Of a DNA stretch of 64,000 nt, positions 12,215 through 21,715 are shown in pieces. This stretch comes from Patescibacteria group bacterium (GTDB lineage: Bacteria > Patescibacteriota > Patescibacteriia > Magasanikbacterales > GWA2-37-8), in contig JAKLGL010000002.1 of NCBI GenBank assembly GCA_022710645.1, positions 212,176 through 276,175 of the forward strand. Reading direction: 5' to 3'. The number at the start of each line of letters is the position of its first letter. Position 1 is the first letter of the stretch. The notes below the pieces were generated by a model that saw nothing but the letters and a program-made list of their open reading frames with translations, was not told the DNA's origin and did no database searches. Both the position numbers and the translations under genes were made by a program.

Positions 12215-12982
12215 TTAGTTCATATACGCCGTAATCGTAATCTGCGCTCGGTATTTTCCCGAAACTTGCAGATGTTGATTTCCACTTTCCGCTTGAAAAT
12301 GAATTGTAGTAGTGGTGCCTTCCGGATCATTATAGTTTTCTGATGAGGCAATTGTTTCTAAAGTTTGAGACAAAGGTCCCCAACAAGCTCTTTCCGTATC
12401 ATTACCGTCAACAACATTACAAACACCGCTATTGTCTCTGTATTTAGAAACAATATCTATTCCTTCCGGAGTAAAACCAAAAACCGAAGTAGTTGGCGCA
12501 ATATCCCAAACAAAATCAGGGGCGCTTCCTACCGGTATATAATCATCAAAATAATAGGTGGTTGTATTGATATGTTGCAGAGCCGGCGAGGTGCTGGCAT
12601 TGATTTGTAAAGTATAACCAAATTCATTAGTCGTCATCACATGGGCATAAGAAGTACCTGTAGCATTTCCTCCGGTTAAACCGGGAATAGATGGTTCAAG
12701 AGTGGTAGAACTTGGTGCTGATAAAGCTATAAAAGCTGTTTTCATCTGTTGATATCCGGCGTGAAGAATAAAATTTGTACTACTACTGTAACCGGTGGCA
12801 ATTTCACCCATACTGTCTTCTTCTTGAAAACTATCAGAATTACTATATCCTCCGCCAAAATTTATAGAATCCTGTTGCATCTTAAAATTTGTACTTGTCA
12901 TTACTTGTGCCAAAACTGGCGTCGAGAAGACGCCAGTTAAAATAGCCGTAATAATTAAGATTTTTATTCCCGCCCTGACCAT
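12215..12982 (-). CDS. Small secreted protein, paralog B (WxL-like candidate)
   Basis: It has a signal peptide and an IPGLTGGNATG motif. Its ...QITITAYMN C-terminus parallels the 14062..14628 product. Confidence 0.55.
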   Translation of the reverse strand: MVRAGIKILIITAILTGVFSTPVLAQVMTSTNFKMQQDSINFGGGYSNSDSFQEEDSMGEIATGYSSSTNFILHAGYQQMKTAFIALSAPSSTTLEPSIPGLTGGNATGTSYAHVMTTNEFGYTLQINASTSPALQHINTTTYYFDDYIPVGSAPDFVWDIAPTTSVFGFTPEGIDIVSKYRDNSGVCNVVDGNDTERACWGPLSQTLETIASSENYNDPEGTTTTIHFQAESGNQHLQVSGKYRAQITITAYMN

Positions 12983-12986
12983 ATCT

Positions 12987-13991
12987 TTATGCTTGAGGTT
13001 TTTGTCCGATATTTATATGAACGTTTTTCTTAATCCAAACGATAAGCCAGATCAACAAAACTATACCAAGTAATGTCGGAACTACAACTTTCCACGGCAT
13101 TACCCAAAAAGTAACAATTTGCCTATCGATAACATCTATTTCTTTATTGGCATTATCGGCAGTATAACCACGATTCAAAAAGATTTCCGCTTTATAACGT
13201 CCGAGCATAAATCCATGATCCCAAGATTTTTTCATAGATCTCTCGCTACCGGGTAAAACATAATACGGGTCTATTTTTACTCTATCAACAACCGTACCGT
13301 AAAGATTTTTTATCTCCACATAACCATAAGGATTTAAATAGACGCTTCCGTTGTTTTTATAAGTATAAAACAATTCCATCGGTCCTTTTTGATATAATTT
13401 TTTATCAGTTTTAAAAGCGGTCAAAGCACCGTCTTCTTTTACCGGACCGCTGACACGAACAAAATACAAAACAGCAATTCTGGATTTGACATCAACACCG
13501 CCTTTTATTAAAGTCGGATCTGTTTTTTGATCTTCTACGTCAGGCTGCGTAGTCACTATCACCGAACCATACAAACCACCGGGAACAGCATCTTTTGGGG
13601 CCGAAATCTGCACGGCAATGGTTGCTCTATCTCCACTTTGAAGAGTAAATTCCATGGCTTCCGGTTTAATATAGTCTTTCAAAGAATAAGGCCCTTTCAA
13701 AAGACCAAGGAGTTGAATTGGCGAATCAATTTCATTTTTACCTTGAAAATCTTCTAATTCCAATTTGAATTTGCGCGCTTGAGGAAATCTGTTGGTTACA
13801 TTAATAAATTTCATTACCGATTGCGATGGATCCAAAACAATTTCTTGTTTACCAGGACCAACCACAAAATCGTTGGCCAAATTTACATTTTCCAAATTTT
13901 CTATTTTAATAGCTTTAGCCGGAATGCTATTGCCAAATAAAAAAACCAAGGCGATTACTAAAAGTCCCCCTTTAAGAAATCGTGTATTCAT
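12987..13991 (-). CDS. Cell-surface protein with DUF916/DUF3324-like (CscA-like) architecture: signal peptide, ~300-aa beta-rich ectodomain, C-terminal TM anchor with a basic tail
   Basis: N-terminus is MNTRFLKGGLLVIALVFLFG. The C-terminal TM is VPTLLGIVLLIWLIVWIKKNVH. Confidence 0.5.
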   Translation of the reverse strand: MNTRFLKGGLLVIALVFLFGNSIPAKAIKIENLENVNLANDFVVGPGKQEIVLDPSQSVMKFINVTNRFPQARKFKLELEDFQGKNEIDSPIQLLGLLKGPYSLKDYIKPEAMEFTLQSGDRATIAVQISAPKDAVPGGLYGSVIVTTQPDVEDQKTDPTLIKGGVDVKSRIAVLYFVRVSGPVKEDGALTAFKTDKKLYQKGPMELFYTYKNNGSVYLNPYGYVEIKNLYGTVVDRVKIDPYYVLPGSERSMKKSWDHGFMLGRYKAEIFLNRGYTADNANKEIDVIDRQIVTFWVMPWKVVVPTLLGIVLLIWLIVWIKKNVHINIGQKPQA

Positions 13992-14061
13992 AGATTGATT
14001 AAATTAATTTAACTTTATAAGATGAACGAAAAATTCGTTCATCTTAAAAATAAACTAAAGA

Positions 14062-14628
14062 TTAGTTCATTTGAGCTGTGATGGTAACCAAAGAAGCATA
14101 TACTCCGGTTGGTTGTCCTTTTGAACTACCTACGAAAGCTCGAAAATTCATTGTGGAAGTTGTTCCAGCAAAAGAAGTTTCTGTACTACTTGCGGTAATA
14201 CTTTGAGGAGTACCCGGGGTAAATGCAGTCCAAGAACCTCCATCATAATTATAAGAGAATTCTGCAACATCTGCAGCATCTGTAGTGCCATTAGCAAAAG
14301 TATCTCCATTTCCATTGGTCAAAGTAGTAGCATCAGCTGTCATAGAAAAACCATCACTATTGTTGGTTCTTACAAGACATTCTTTTGCACCTGTAGCTGT
14401 ACCACCAGTCATACCAGGTATCGGTAATGAAAGAGTGGTAGTAGATAAATCACAGGTAAGTGTGATTTCAGCGGTAACTTCTACTTCTACCGGATATTGT
14501 AAGCTAATATCAGCTCCAATGGTACTGGTACTTACTGTATCAGCGCTAGCAAAGCCACCTTCAAAAAGCATAAAGCCATTGAACATAACTACTGCGCCGA
14601 TTAAAACATAAGACAAAATCTTTTTCAT
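14062..14628 (-). CDS. Small secreted protein, paralog A (WxL-like candidate)
   Basis: It has a signal peptide and an IPGMTGGTATG motif. Its C-terminus is VTITAQMN. Confidence 0.55.
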   Translation of the reverse strand: MKKILSYVLIGAVVMFNGFMLFEGGFASADTVSTSTIGADISLQYPVEVEVTAEITLTCDLSTTTLSLPIPGMTGGTATGAKECLVRTNNSDGFSMTADATTLTNGNGDTFANGTTDAADVAEFSYNYDGGSWTAFTPGTPQSITASSTETSFAGTTSTMNFRAFVGSSKGQPTGVYASLVTITAQMN

Positions 14629-14877
14629 AATTTATATATGAATGTACTATTTTTTATGACCCGTTTATAAGACGGGAAAATTTAATAATCGATTATTAAC
14701 TCTTTTTTGCCTTAAAAATCACCCCGACCTTTCCTTTGGTTTTTTAAGACAACTATATTATAACATTTTTTTGTTTTATTCCCTATTTAGTCGGTTGTGG
14801 ATAACTAGCAAAGAGTTTGTAAAGCCTGCCTGCCGGTAGGCAGGTCCATAAAGTCACCAAAAAGAAAGTTGCTGTTT

Positions 14878-15939
14878 TTACCTCTTCTTTGTCGTTGTTG
14901 GTGTTGTTGTTGCTACTTTCTCTTCTGGCAAGGTGGTGGTAGCGTTTGGCACAGTCGGCACTTCTATATTAGCCCCATCAACTTCTGTTTTTGTCGGTTT
15001 AAAAGGAGTTTTGTCACAATAAAAATTCATTTCCGTACAACCCAACTGCAACCATTCATAAATACGACTCGGGTCCTCATCTATTGCTATATAGACTTGA
15101 TAAACATACGGAAATTGCTTGAGTGTATTTTCTATTTGAGATAAAAATTGAGCACTACCGCAAGAACTGTTGGCGCTCGGAATCAAAGTGCGCAAATCTT
15201 TCATATTTACCAAAGCTACATTTTCAACCACACGAACATTTCTCAATATTTTGGCGGTTGTGCTATTGAAAAAAGATTGATAACCGTTTTCTTTTTCTTG
15301 ATCTGACGGTCCGGCAAATAAAGCACGCAAAGTTTGTTCTTCATAGGAAGCCGTACCACTGACCATGCGTTCTACAGGATAAACCAATCTGCAATCCAGC
15401 ATTTCCGGATTTTCTTTGATATTGCTGAAATAAATTTTAAATTTATCGATTTTAAATTCTTTTCCCGAATCTATTTTGAAATTTTGCAAAACCTTCCCCA
15501 CTTCTCTATTTAATAATCCAAAATGTTCCATCTGCGGAGATGAATAAGGATTATCCAAAGTTCGAACCAACACAAAAACATAATCATTGGTATAAGAGAA
15601 AACTTGTTCGTTTAAAATCAAGTCTTTAGAATTTTTATAATTTTGCCAAGTTTCAAAAGGATAAACATACAGACGAAAAATGGAATATTCTTGTCCCGGT
15701 AATTGATTGTAAACAAAGGATAAAACACCAATATTATTTCGTTCTTCTTCCGTCAAACTGAAATTACCAAGCCAACTATCGGGAAATTCCAAAGAAAAAC
15801 CGTATTTATCGGAATGATAATTTTTTTTGGTATAACCCTCCATCTTCTCTGGGCCGTTTTCATTCTTAATACATCCGGTTAAAACAAAGCTCAATGTCAA
15901 AAATAATATTATAAAAATCGTCTTTTTCAATAAAGGCAT
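14878..15939 (-). CDS. Lipoprotein with a GerMN-like domain
   Basis: Lipobox is LTGC. The LVYPVER...TLRALFAGPS...VYQVYIAIDEDPS region resembles GerMN/Gmad2. Confidence 0.55.
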   Translation of the reverse strand: MPLLKKTIFIILFLTLSFVLTGCIKNENGPEKMEGYTKKNYHSDKYGFSLEFPDSWLGNFSLTEEERNNIGVLSFVYNQLPGQEYSIFRLYVYPFETWQNYKNSKDLILNEQVFSYTNDYVFVLVRTLDNPYSSPQMEHFGLLNREVGKVLQNFKIDSGKEFKIDKFKIYFSNIKENPEMLDCRLVYPVERMVSGTASYEEQTLRALFAGPSDQEKENGYQSFFNSTTAKILRNVRVVENVALVNMKDLRTLIPSANSSCGSAQFLSQIENTLKQFPYVYQVYIAIDEDPSRIYEWLQLGCTEMNFYCDKTPFKPTKTEVDGANIEVPTVPNATTTLPEEKVATTTPTTTKKR

Positions 15940-15972
15940 AAATAAATAAATAAAAAAAATGTTTATGGGTTA

Positions 15973-16001
15973 AGTATACCTCAAAAAATTTTAAAAATCA
16001 A
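15973..16001 (-). promoter_or_regulatory. Sigma70-like promoter TTGATT-17-TATACT for the surface-protein operon
   Basis: The reverse strand reads TTGATTtttaaaattttttgaggTATACT, about 35 nt upstream of the ATG at 15939. Confidence 0.35.
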
Positions 16002-16002
16002 T

Positions 16003-16029
16003 TAAAAAAGCCCCCGAAAAACGAGGGCT
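16003..16029 (-). terminator. Intrinsic terminator of the upstream ncRNA
   Basis: The reverse strand reads AGCCCTCG-TTTTT-CGGGGGCT followed by TTTTTT. Confidence 0.5.
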
Positions 16030-16633
16030 CCGACTAAAGAACTGTAGCGGACAAGGAGGAGACTTTCGATCGTCCAAATTTCCGATGATCAGTCGGAAAC
16101 ATAGACAGGACAGATCTAGTCCTTTGCAAGGTTGGGCCCGGTATTGACCCTTTCAAAACATCGGTAAATACCTCACCTTTGCTTGAGGTACGGGAAAGGT
16201 CAGAGCTTCGCCGTCATTTCAGAGAGAAGGCAAATTAATGGCTTGCCTTGTCGCAACTCTCTCTTTTATTCAGGAAAAGCACCCTTCACAAAGAAGTTCT
16301 CAAAGGAGCGGTCGGCAACACCTATTTTGGTGAATTTTTTTGACAACACCTCTGAGTGGGTGTTGAAAAACAGACTGTGCCGAAATACGGCGTAGCGTCT
16401 TTCTTTGTACTCGCGGATTTTGGACCTATTTTCTGCATAGAGTCCAACCGACTTACACCCTATTACGGGAAGTACGATTTACAACCTATTACGGCGTAGA
16501 AAGACGTACTAATCTGCCAATTCAAACGGATGGAAAGGATGATTCCGTCATCCGATTTTTGCCAAACCGCGATGATCTTTGACGATCATCACTTCTTTTA
16601 CCACCGACATTTTGTCTAAAGAACAATCCCCTC
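16030..16633 (-). ncRNA. Candidate structured ncRNA (~600 nt) of unidentified class, GC-enriched, promoter-to-terminator defined
   Basis: No ORF of 60 aa or more exists on either strand. GC content is clearly above the flanks. It has nested hairpins (GAGAGAG...CTCTCTC enclosing AAGGCAA...TTGCCTT), a long-range pairing CGTCTTTC/GAAAGACG, and direct repeats TACGGCGTAG and CCTATTACGG. Confidence 0.35.
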
Positions 16634-16647
16634 CTTGAATGCACACC

Positions 16648-16675
16648 ATTATAAAACTTTTTTTTCAATTGTCAA
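16648..16675 (-). promoter_or_regulatory. Consensus sigma70 promoter TTGACA-16-TATAAT driving the ncRNA
   Basis: The reverse strand reads TTGACAattgaaaaaaaagtttTATAAT. Confidence 0.45.
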
Positions 16676-16690
16676 TCTGTGGATAAAAAA

Positions 16691-16722
16691 ACGCCCCGGG
16701 TTAAACCCGAAGGCGTGAGGAG
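16691..16722 (-). terminator. Intrinsic terminator of the response-regulator gene
   Basis: The reverse strand reads ACGCCttcgggtttaacccggGGCGT followed by TTTTTTT, immediately after the stop at 16726. Confidence 0.5.
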
Positions 16723-16725
16723 AAT

Positions 16726-17103
16726 TCAGCACATATGACGAAGTACTAAATTTTTCAGTAACTTCATCTCAAAAGGCTTGTCTATTACCACATGTTCGCT
16801 TTTTGCGCGCAAATACATGTGGGACAAAAGGTCGGCGGTGACGACGACAAAAAATATTTCATCCCCGACGATTTTCAGATCTTCGCGAATTTTGTCTATT
16901 ACCTCCAGCCCGTTCATTTCGGGCAAAAGCAAGTCTATCAACCCCACCTTTATTTGTCCTTTATGCAGGACATATTGATGGATAGCCTCTTCTCCGGAGG
17001 CTGCGGTAATGACTTCAAAATCATTGCCCGCAAAAATCATTTTGAACAACTCAAGAGTCGTCTGGTCATCATCAACGACCAGTAAACATTTTCTTTTGTC
17101 CAT
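16726..17103 (-). CDS. Stand-alone response regulator receiver (CheY-like REC) domain protein
   Basis: LLVVDDDQTTLELF...LIDLLLPEMNGLEVIDKIRE is a typical REC domain. Confidence 0.75.
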   Translation of the reverse strand: MDKRKCLLVVDDDQTTLELFKMIFAGNDFEVITAASGEEAIHQYVLHKGQIKVGLIDLLLPEMNGLEVIDKIREDLKIVGDEIFFVVVTADLLSHMYLRAKSEHVVIDKPFEMKLLKNLVLRHMC

Positions 17104-17206
17104 GACACCCTCCGATACAAGTTAAAGAACAATCAAATTATAATAACACAAAACCAATAAAAAATCAAGAGTCTTACTATTCTCTTGATTTTTAAAAAAT
17201 TAATTT

Positions 17207-18244
17207 TTATTCTTTACCGTGAGCTATACTTTCTTTCATCCCGGCGGAGGTAATGGTAATAAAATCCGCTTTACCTTTGATAGCTTCAATATTTTCCGCA
17301 CCTATATATGTCATACCCGAAGCCAAACCACTTAATACTTTCTGAACGACTAACGAAACCGGACCTTTGAAAGGCACTATTGTCATTTCTCCTTCTACAT
17401 GGACTGTTTCATCAATTTTTTGACCATCCATTTGCATCTTTTTTATAGTTGCCGCAAAACTGGCCATACCACGAAATTCCTTAAACTCCTTTCCATCTTT
17501 GATAATTATTTTTCCCGGAGACTCCGCAGTTCCAGCAAACATCGAACCCAACATTATTGTATCCGCACCGGCGCCAATAGCTTTGGTCAAATCCCCCGGT
17601 TGTTTTATCCCGCCATCGGCGCAAATAGGCACTCGGCCTTGAGCCGCTTCATAAGCATCCATTATTGCAGTAATTTGCGGTACTCCTGCTCCGGTCATAA
17701 TTCTCGTGGTACACATCGCGCCAGGACCAATCCCAACCTTTATCGCATCAGCACATTTATGAATAAAATATTCCGCTGCATCTTTGGTCGCAATATTTCC
17801 CGCCATTACATCAATATGAGGATAATTTTGTTTTATAAAATCCAAAACTTTTCCCATACGTTTACAATGTCCATGAGCTACATCCAAAACTATAATATTT
17901 ATTCCGGCCTGCGAAAGTGCTTTTACTCTTTCTTCAAAATCTTTTATACCAACCGCGGCCGCTGTAATCAAATTGTGTTTTTTAACTTCTTTGATTTGTT
18001 GCGCTTGATCTTCAATAGATAAAAAACGATGAATAATCCCCAGGCCTCCTAAACGCCCGATAGCAATAGCCATTTCACTCTCACAAACCGTATCCATATT
18101 GGCGGCCAAAATCGGCATATCCAATTCATAATTTTTGGTGACTTTGGTTTTAAAACTGACATCTTTACGTGAAACGACTTTGTTATACTTCGGAACTATC
18201 AAAACATCATCAAAAGAATAACCGGAACCAATAATACGAGCCAT
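17207..18244 (-). CDS. guaC: GMP reductase / IMP dehydrogenase family protein without a CBS pair (GuaC-like)
   Basis: 345-aa IMPDH/GMPR barrel with [12 protein letters not shown] and catalytic Cys-loop motifs. It lacks a CBS insert. Confidence 0.7.
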   Translation of the reverse strand: MARIIGSGYSFDDVLIVPKYNKVVSRKDVSFKTKVTKNYELDMPILAANMDTVCESEMAIAIGRLGGLGIIHRFLSIEDQAQQIKEVKKHNLITAAAVGIKDFEERVKALSQAGINIIVLDVAHGHCKRMGKVLDFIKQNYPHIDVMAGNIATKDAAEYFIHKCADAIKVGIGPGAMCTTRIMTGAGVPQITAIMDAYEAAQGRVPICADGGIKQPGDLTKAIGAGADTIMLGSMFAGTAESPGKIIIKDGKEFKEFRGMASFAATIKKMQMDGQKIDETVHVEGEMTIVPFKGPVSLVVQKVLSGLASGMTYIGAENIEAIKGKADFITITSAGMKESIAHGKE

Positions 18245-18378
18245 ACAATTAAATTTATAAAGTTATAAAGTTGAAAGTTATCCAACCTTATTGATATTAT
18301 ACCCATCTTTAAACTCTGACAAGGGTATGTATTAACAATTGACTTTTCTTCATTTTTTGCTATAATATTTGAAGTTTT

Positions 18379-18450
18379 GGCCCGTTCGTCTATCGGCTAG
18401 GACATTGCCTTCTCAAGGCAAGTAGAGGAGTTCGATTCTCCTACGGGCTA
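18379..18450 (+). tRNA. tRNA-Glu (anticodon CTC)
   Basis: 72-nt cloverleaf. Acceptor GGCCCGT/ACGGGCT. D-loop contains GG. Anticodon stem TTGCC/GGCAA with loop TTCTCAA. T-loop TTCGATT. Confidence 0.8.
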
Positions 18451-18459
18451 CAAAAAAAA

Positions 18460-18492
18460 TACTGATTCCTTCTGGAATCAGTATTTTTATTT
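18460..18492 (+). terminator. Bidirectional intrinsic terminator (CTGATTCC-TTCT-GGAATCAG plus T-run)
   Basis: It follows the tRNA and lies downstream of murF on the other strand. Confidence 0.5.
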
Positions 18493-18518
18493 ATTTTATT
18501 AGAGGAGAGTCAAACCTT

Positions 18519-19820
18519 TTATTTTTTCATCCAATGTTCTTCTTGCCTTACCAACAACTCCCCCGCTTTTTCCGGTTCGGCCATTACTTCTTTTACTATT
18601 TTTTCCATTCTTTTTCCTTGTGATCCTTTTACTAAAATAACATCACCCTTTTCCATTTTATTTTGTAAAAATTTTCCGGCGGAAACACTGTCGTCAAAAA
18701 CCGCAATTTTATTTTCATCCATCCCCGCTTCTTTGGCAGCTTGGGCGGTAAATTTTTTACTCGCTTCACCTACAGTTATCAAAAAATCAAAGTCTGATTC
18801 TACAACTCGAAAACCTATTTCTCTATGTGCCGTTTCCGTATCCGCGCCAAGTTCCAACATGTCTCCCAAAATCGCAATTCTTCTACCATTTTCTTGCGGA
18901 ACAATTTTACTCAAAACATTCATAGCGCTTCTGACAGCATCCGGACTGGAATTATAAGTATCATCAATAATCAAAGTTTGTTTAATTCCGGGAATGATAC
19001 GCATATGTCCGGCGAGCGGTCTGATATTTCGTAAAGCCAACGCTCCTTCTACCAAATTTATTCCGAAAATATGACCTACTACCAAACCGGCCAATGCCGC
19101 AGGAATAAATTGTTCAGCTATAAAACCCGGTAGAAAGACCGGTACTGTATTACCATGAAAAGAAACTTTGAAATTTAACCCTGTCGGCCAATTGGTTTTT
19201 TCATCCGTAATCACATTGATATCAGTAGCTTGAAAATCAGCTCCGTCTTTGAAACCGTAAGTAAAAGTTTCCGCGTTGGTTTTGGAATTTTGCATCACCA
19301 TTTCATTGTCAAAATTCAATACTGCAAAACCATCTTCTTTCAAATGAGAAATTATCAATCTTTTTTCTTGCGCGATTTTTTTCACTGTTTTGAAAAATTC
19401 TATATGCGCACTGCCAATAAAAGTTAATACTCCTACTTTACACGGAGCGATATCTACCAAATAAGCGATGTCTCCGGGTTTATCCGCACCCATTTCCAAA
19501 ACCAGAACATCCGGATAATCAGCGTCGCGTTTAAAACGCAAAGCAAAAGCTTTGATAAAAACTTTGAACCAACCCAACAAATCTTTACCCGGAGTTTTTT
19601 CTACTCCGATTATAGTCAACGGTAAACCGATTTCATTATTATAATTTTTTTTGTTGGAACGCACGTTAAATTTACTTCCCAACACCGCGGCTATAGCTTC
19701 TTTGGCCGAGGTTTTACCTATCGAACCTGTAATTCCCACAATATCAGGACTGTATTTTTTGATAATTTTCTTCGCACAATTGCGAAGTAATATTTGTAAA
19801 ATAGTTTTCAACATAAACAA
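18519..19820 (-). CDS. murF: UDP-N-acetylmuramoyl-tripeptide--D-alanyl-D-alanine ligase
   Basis: Mur ligase P-loop IVGITGSIGKTS. Confidence 0.8.
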   Translation of the reverse strand: MFMLKTILQILLRNCAKKIIKKYSPDIVGITGSIGKTSAKEAIAAVLGSKFNVRSNKKNYNNEIGLPLTIIGVEKTPGKDLLGWFKVFIKAFALRFKRDADYPDVLVLEMGADKPGDIAYLVDIAPCKVGVLTFIGSAHIEFFKTVKKIAQEKRLIISHLKEDGFAVLNFDNEMVMQNSKTNAETFTYGFKDGADFQATDINVITDEKTNWPTGLNFKVSFHGNTVPVFLPGFIAEQFIPAALAGLVVGHIFGINLVEGALALRNIRPLAGHMRIIPGIKQTLIIDDTYNSSPDAVRSAMNVLSKIVPQENGRRIAILGDMLELGADTETAHREIGFRVVESDFDFLITVGEASKKFTAQAAKEAGMDENKIAVFDDSVSAGKFLQNKMEKGDVILVKGSQGKRMEKIVKEVMAEPEKAGELLVRQEEHWMKK

Positions 19821-19873
19821 ACAAATTTAAAGATTTAAAAATTTAAAGATTTAAAGATTATTCGTTAATCTTG

Positions 19874-19896
19874 CAATCTTTAAATCTTGTAATCTT
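19874..19896. repeat. 23-bp element caatctttaaatcttgtaatctt, copy 1 (downstream of ftsI)
   Basis: Exact second copy at 21685..21707. It is embedded in AAGATT/AATCTT-rich intergenic DNA. Confidence 0.7.
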
Positions 19897-19909
19897 GTAA
19901 TCGGTACTC

Positions 19910-21679
19910 TTATCTATCCTCGGGGATTCCATAATAATCCATCGTAAACTTTGCTATTTCTTTGAAAATCGGACCGGCTGTACCCTCCGCCCAAAGTCTT
20001 TGCGGTTTTTCGTATTTTATAACCATGACCACTTCCGGATTTTTGGCCGGTAAAAATCCGGCAAAAGTATGATTTGTTTCTCCGGTTTCACTATAACCTT
20101 TCGGTCCGGGAATTTGAGCTGTTCCCGTTTTTCCAGCGACAAAATAATGTTCCATTTTAACGGAATTAGCATATGTTTTTTCAACCACGGATGTTAGCAT
20201 AGCTGACAATAATTTTGAAGCGCGAGCGGAAATAACTTGATTGATAGTTTTCGGTTCGATAATTTCCATTTTACCGTCACTTCTTTTAATCTGATCGACA
20301 ATTCTAGGTTGAATCAATTTTCCACCGTTAGCTATAGCGCTATAAGCCGCAGCCAATTGAATTGGCGTTACTGTAATACCTTGACCAAAAGACGCTTGCG
20401 CCGGTCCGATTTGCGATTTTTTTTCAATATTACTCAAATTACCGGCAATCTCTCTATCAAGTTCTATCCCAGTCTTTTCACCAAAACCGTATTTACGAAC
20501 ATAATCCAACATTCTTTCTTGCCCTATTTTTTCCGCCACCCACATCATTCCCGTATTAACCGAATTTTCCAAAACATTAGTCATGGTAATAGTGCCATAA
20601 CATTTTTTCATCGCATTGCGAATAGTATATGGACCGTATTTCATCTCACACGGATCATTAAACCATGTATCCGGATTTACCAATTGCAGATCAAGCGCCA
20701 TACCCATTACTATGGGTTTGAAAACCGAGCCCGGTTCATAAGGAGTAAAAATCGTTTCATTGTTATAATTTTTTATATCTTCAACTTTTCCATAATTATT
20801 CGGATCAAACCCTGGCAAAGAACACATAGCCAAAACAGCTCCGGTCTGGGGATTCATTATAACCAAAGCCGCAGATTGAGCTTTATATTCCTCTAGGCCT
20901 TTTTTCAAAGTTTCGCATGCTTTATATTGTAAAGCTCTATCTATGGTTAACACCAAACTGTCTCCGTCTTTAGCTTCAATAGTAGTCATATCCGCAAGTG
21001 TAATCCAACTACCGCGAGCTCCGCGTTCACCAAACAAATATCCACTTTTCCCGGCTAAAACCTTATTCCAATATCCTTCCGCCCCATAATTTCCTTGCAT
21101 ATTTCCATCTGAATCCATATTACAAAAACCCAACACCGAGCCACCTAGGTCATTTTCCGGATAAAATCTATACTCTTCGGCAGAATCATAAATTCCTTTT
21201 AGATTAGCTTCGTGAATTTTAACAACAGTTTCTTCGGAAATTTTACGGGCCAAAGATTCAAACGGATCGTTTTCTTTCGCTAATTTTGCCCGAACAATTT
21301 CTCTCTTTTCAATATCCAATTGTAAAAGTTCAGCCAACTTTTCCGTTGTACTATTGATTTCGTTTTTTTCTATTTCTTTGGGCACGGCGTAAATCTGATA
21401 ATATTGTCGATTGATAGCTACCGGATAATTTTCCCCCGTTCGCGTATCTTGAAAAAAAATAGAGCCTCTTTTGGGATGAATTTTTTGATAAATTTCATGA
21501 GTACTCATCGCCAAAGTTTGGTAATAATCATGTTGAAAAACTTGCAAATAAAAAAGTTTGCCTGCGAGCAATAAAGAGGCTATGGTAAAAAACAAAACCA
21601 TCATTCTAAGTTCAACCGAATTGTTCTCCTCGCGGTTAAACATAATAAAATATTGCAAGATTAATAAATTTTCAAACAA
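19910..21679 (-). CDS. ftsI: Penicillin-binding protein 2 / FtsI-type transpeptidase
   Basis: It has the SVFKP, SVN and KTGTAQ transpeptidase motifs plus an N-terminal TM. Confidence 0.8.
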   Translation of the reverse strand: MFENLLILQYFIMFNREENNSVELRMMVLFFTIASLLLAGKLFYLQVFQHDYYQTLAMSTHEIYQKIHPKRGSIFFQDTRTGENYPVAINRQYYQIYAVPKEIEKNEINSTTEKLAELLQLDIEKREIVRAKLAKENDPFESLARKISEETVVKIHEANLKGIYDSAEEYRFYPENDLGGSVLGFCNMDSDGNMQGNYGAEGYWNKVLAGKSGYLFGERGARGSWITLADMTTIEAKDGDSLVLTIDRALQYKACETLKKGLEEYKAQSAALVIMNPQTGAVLAMCSLPGFDPNNYGKVEDIKNYNNETIFTPYEPGSVFKPIVMGMALDLQLVNPDTWFNDPCEMKYGPYTIRNAMKKCYGTITMTNVLENSVNTGMMWVAEKIGQERMLDYVRKYGFGEKTGIELDREIAGNLSNIEKKSQIGPAQASFGQGITVTPIQLAAAYSAIANGGKLIQPRIVDQIKRSDGKMEIIEPKTINQVISARASKLLSAMLTSVVEKTYANSVKMEHYFVAGKTGTAQIPGPKGYSETGETNHTFAGFLPAKNPEVVMVIKYEKPQRLWAEGTAGPIFKEIAKFTMDYYGIPEDR

Positions 21680-21684
21680 TCTTT

Positions 21685-21707
21685 CAATCTTTAAATCTTG
21701 TAATCTT
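21685..21707. repeat. 23-bp element caatctttaaatcttgtaatctt, copy 2 (upstream of ftsI)
   Basis: Exact match to 19874..19896. Confidence 0.7.
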
Positions 21708-21715
21708 TGAAATTT

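Noticed and set aside
12215-14628. Strict WxL-domain call for the two small secreted paralogs
   Set aside because: I could not find the two canonical W-x-L motifs; only positional analogues are present (ITITAYMN / VTITAQMN). I kept this as an architecture-based hypothesis only.
16183-16395. 70-aa plus-strand ORF inside the GC-rich non-coding interval
   Set aside because: No RBS or promoter. Its composition is typical of structured RNA. It is antisense to the promoter/terminator-defined transcript.
16030-16633. Attempted assignment of the ncRNA as RNase P RNA or tmRNA
   Set aside because: Only a partial GUGAAGGGUGC similarity to the RNase P P10-P12 region. No GGAAAGUCCGGGC or ACAGAACCCGGC P4 strands. 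No tmRNA T-arm (GGUUCGA) or tag frame. Left as unidentified.
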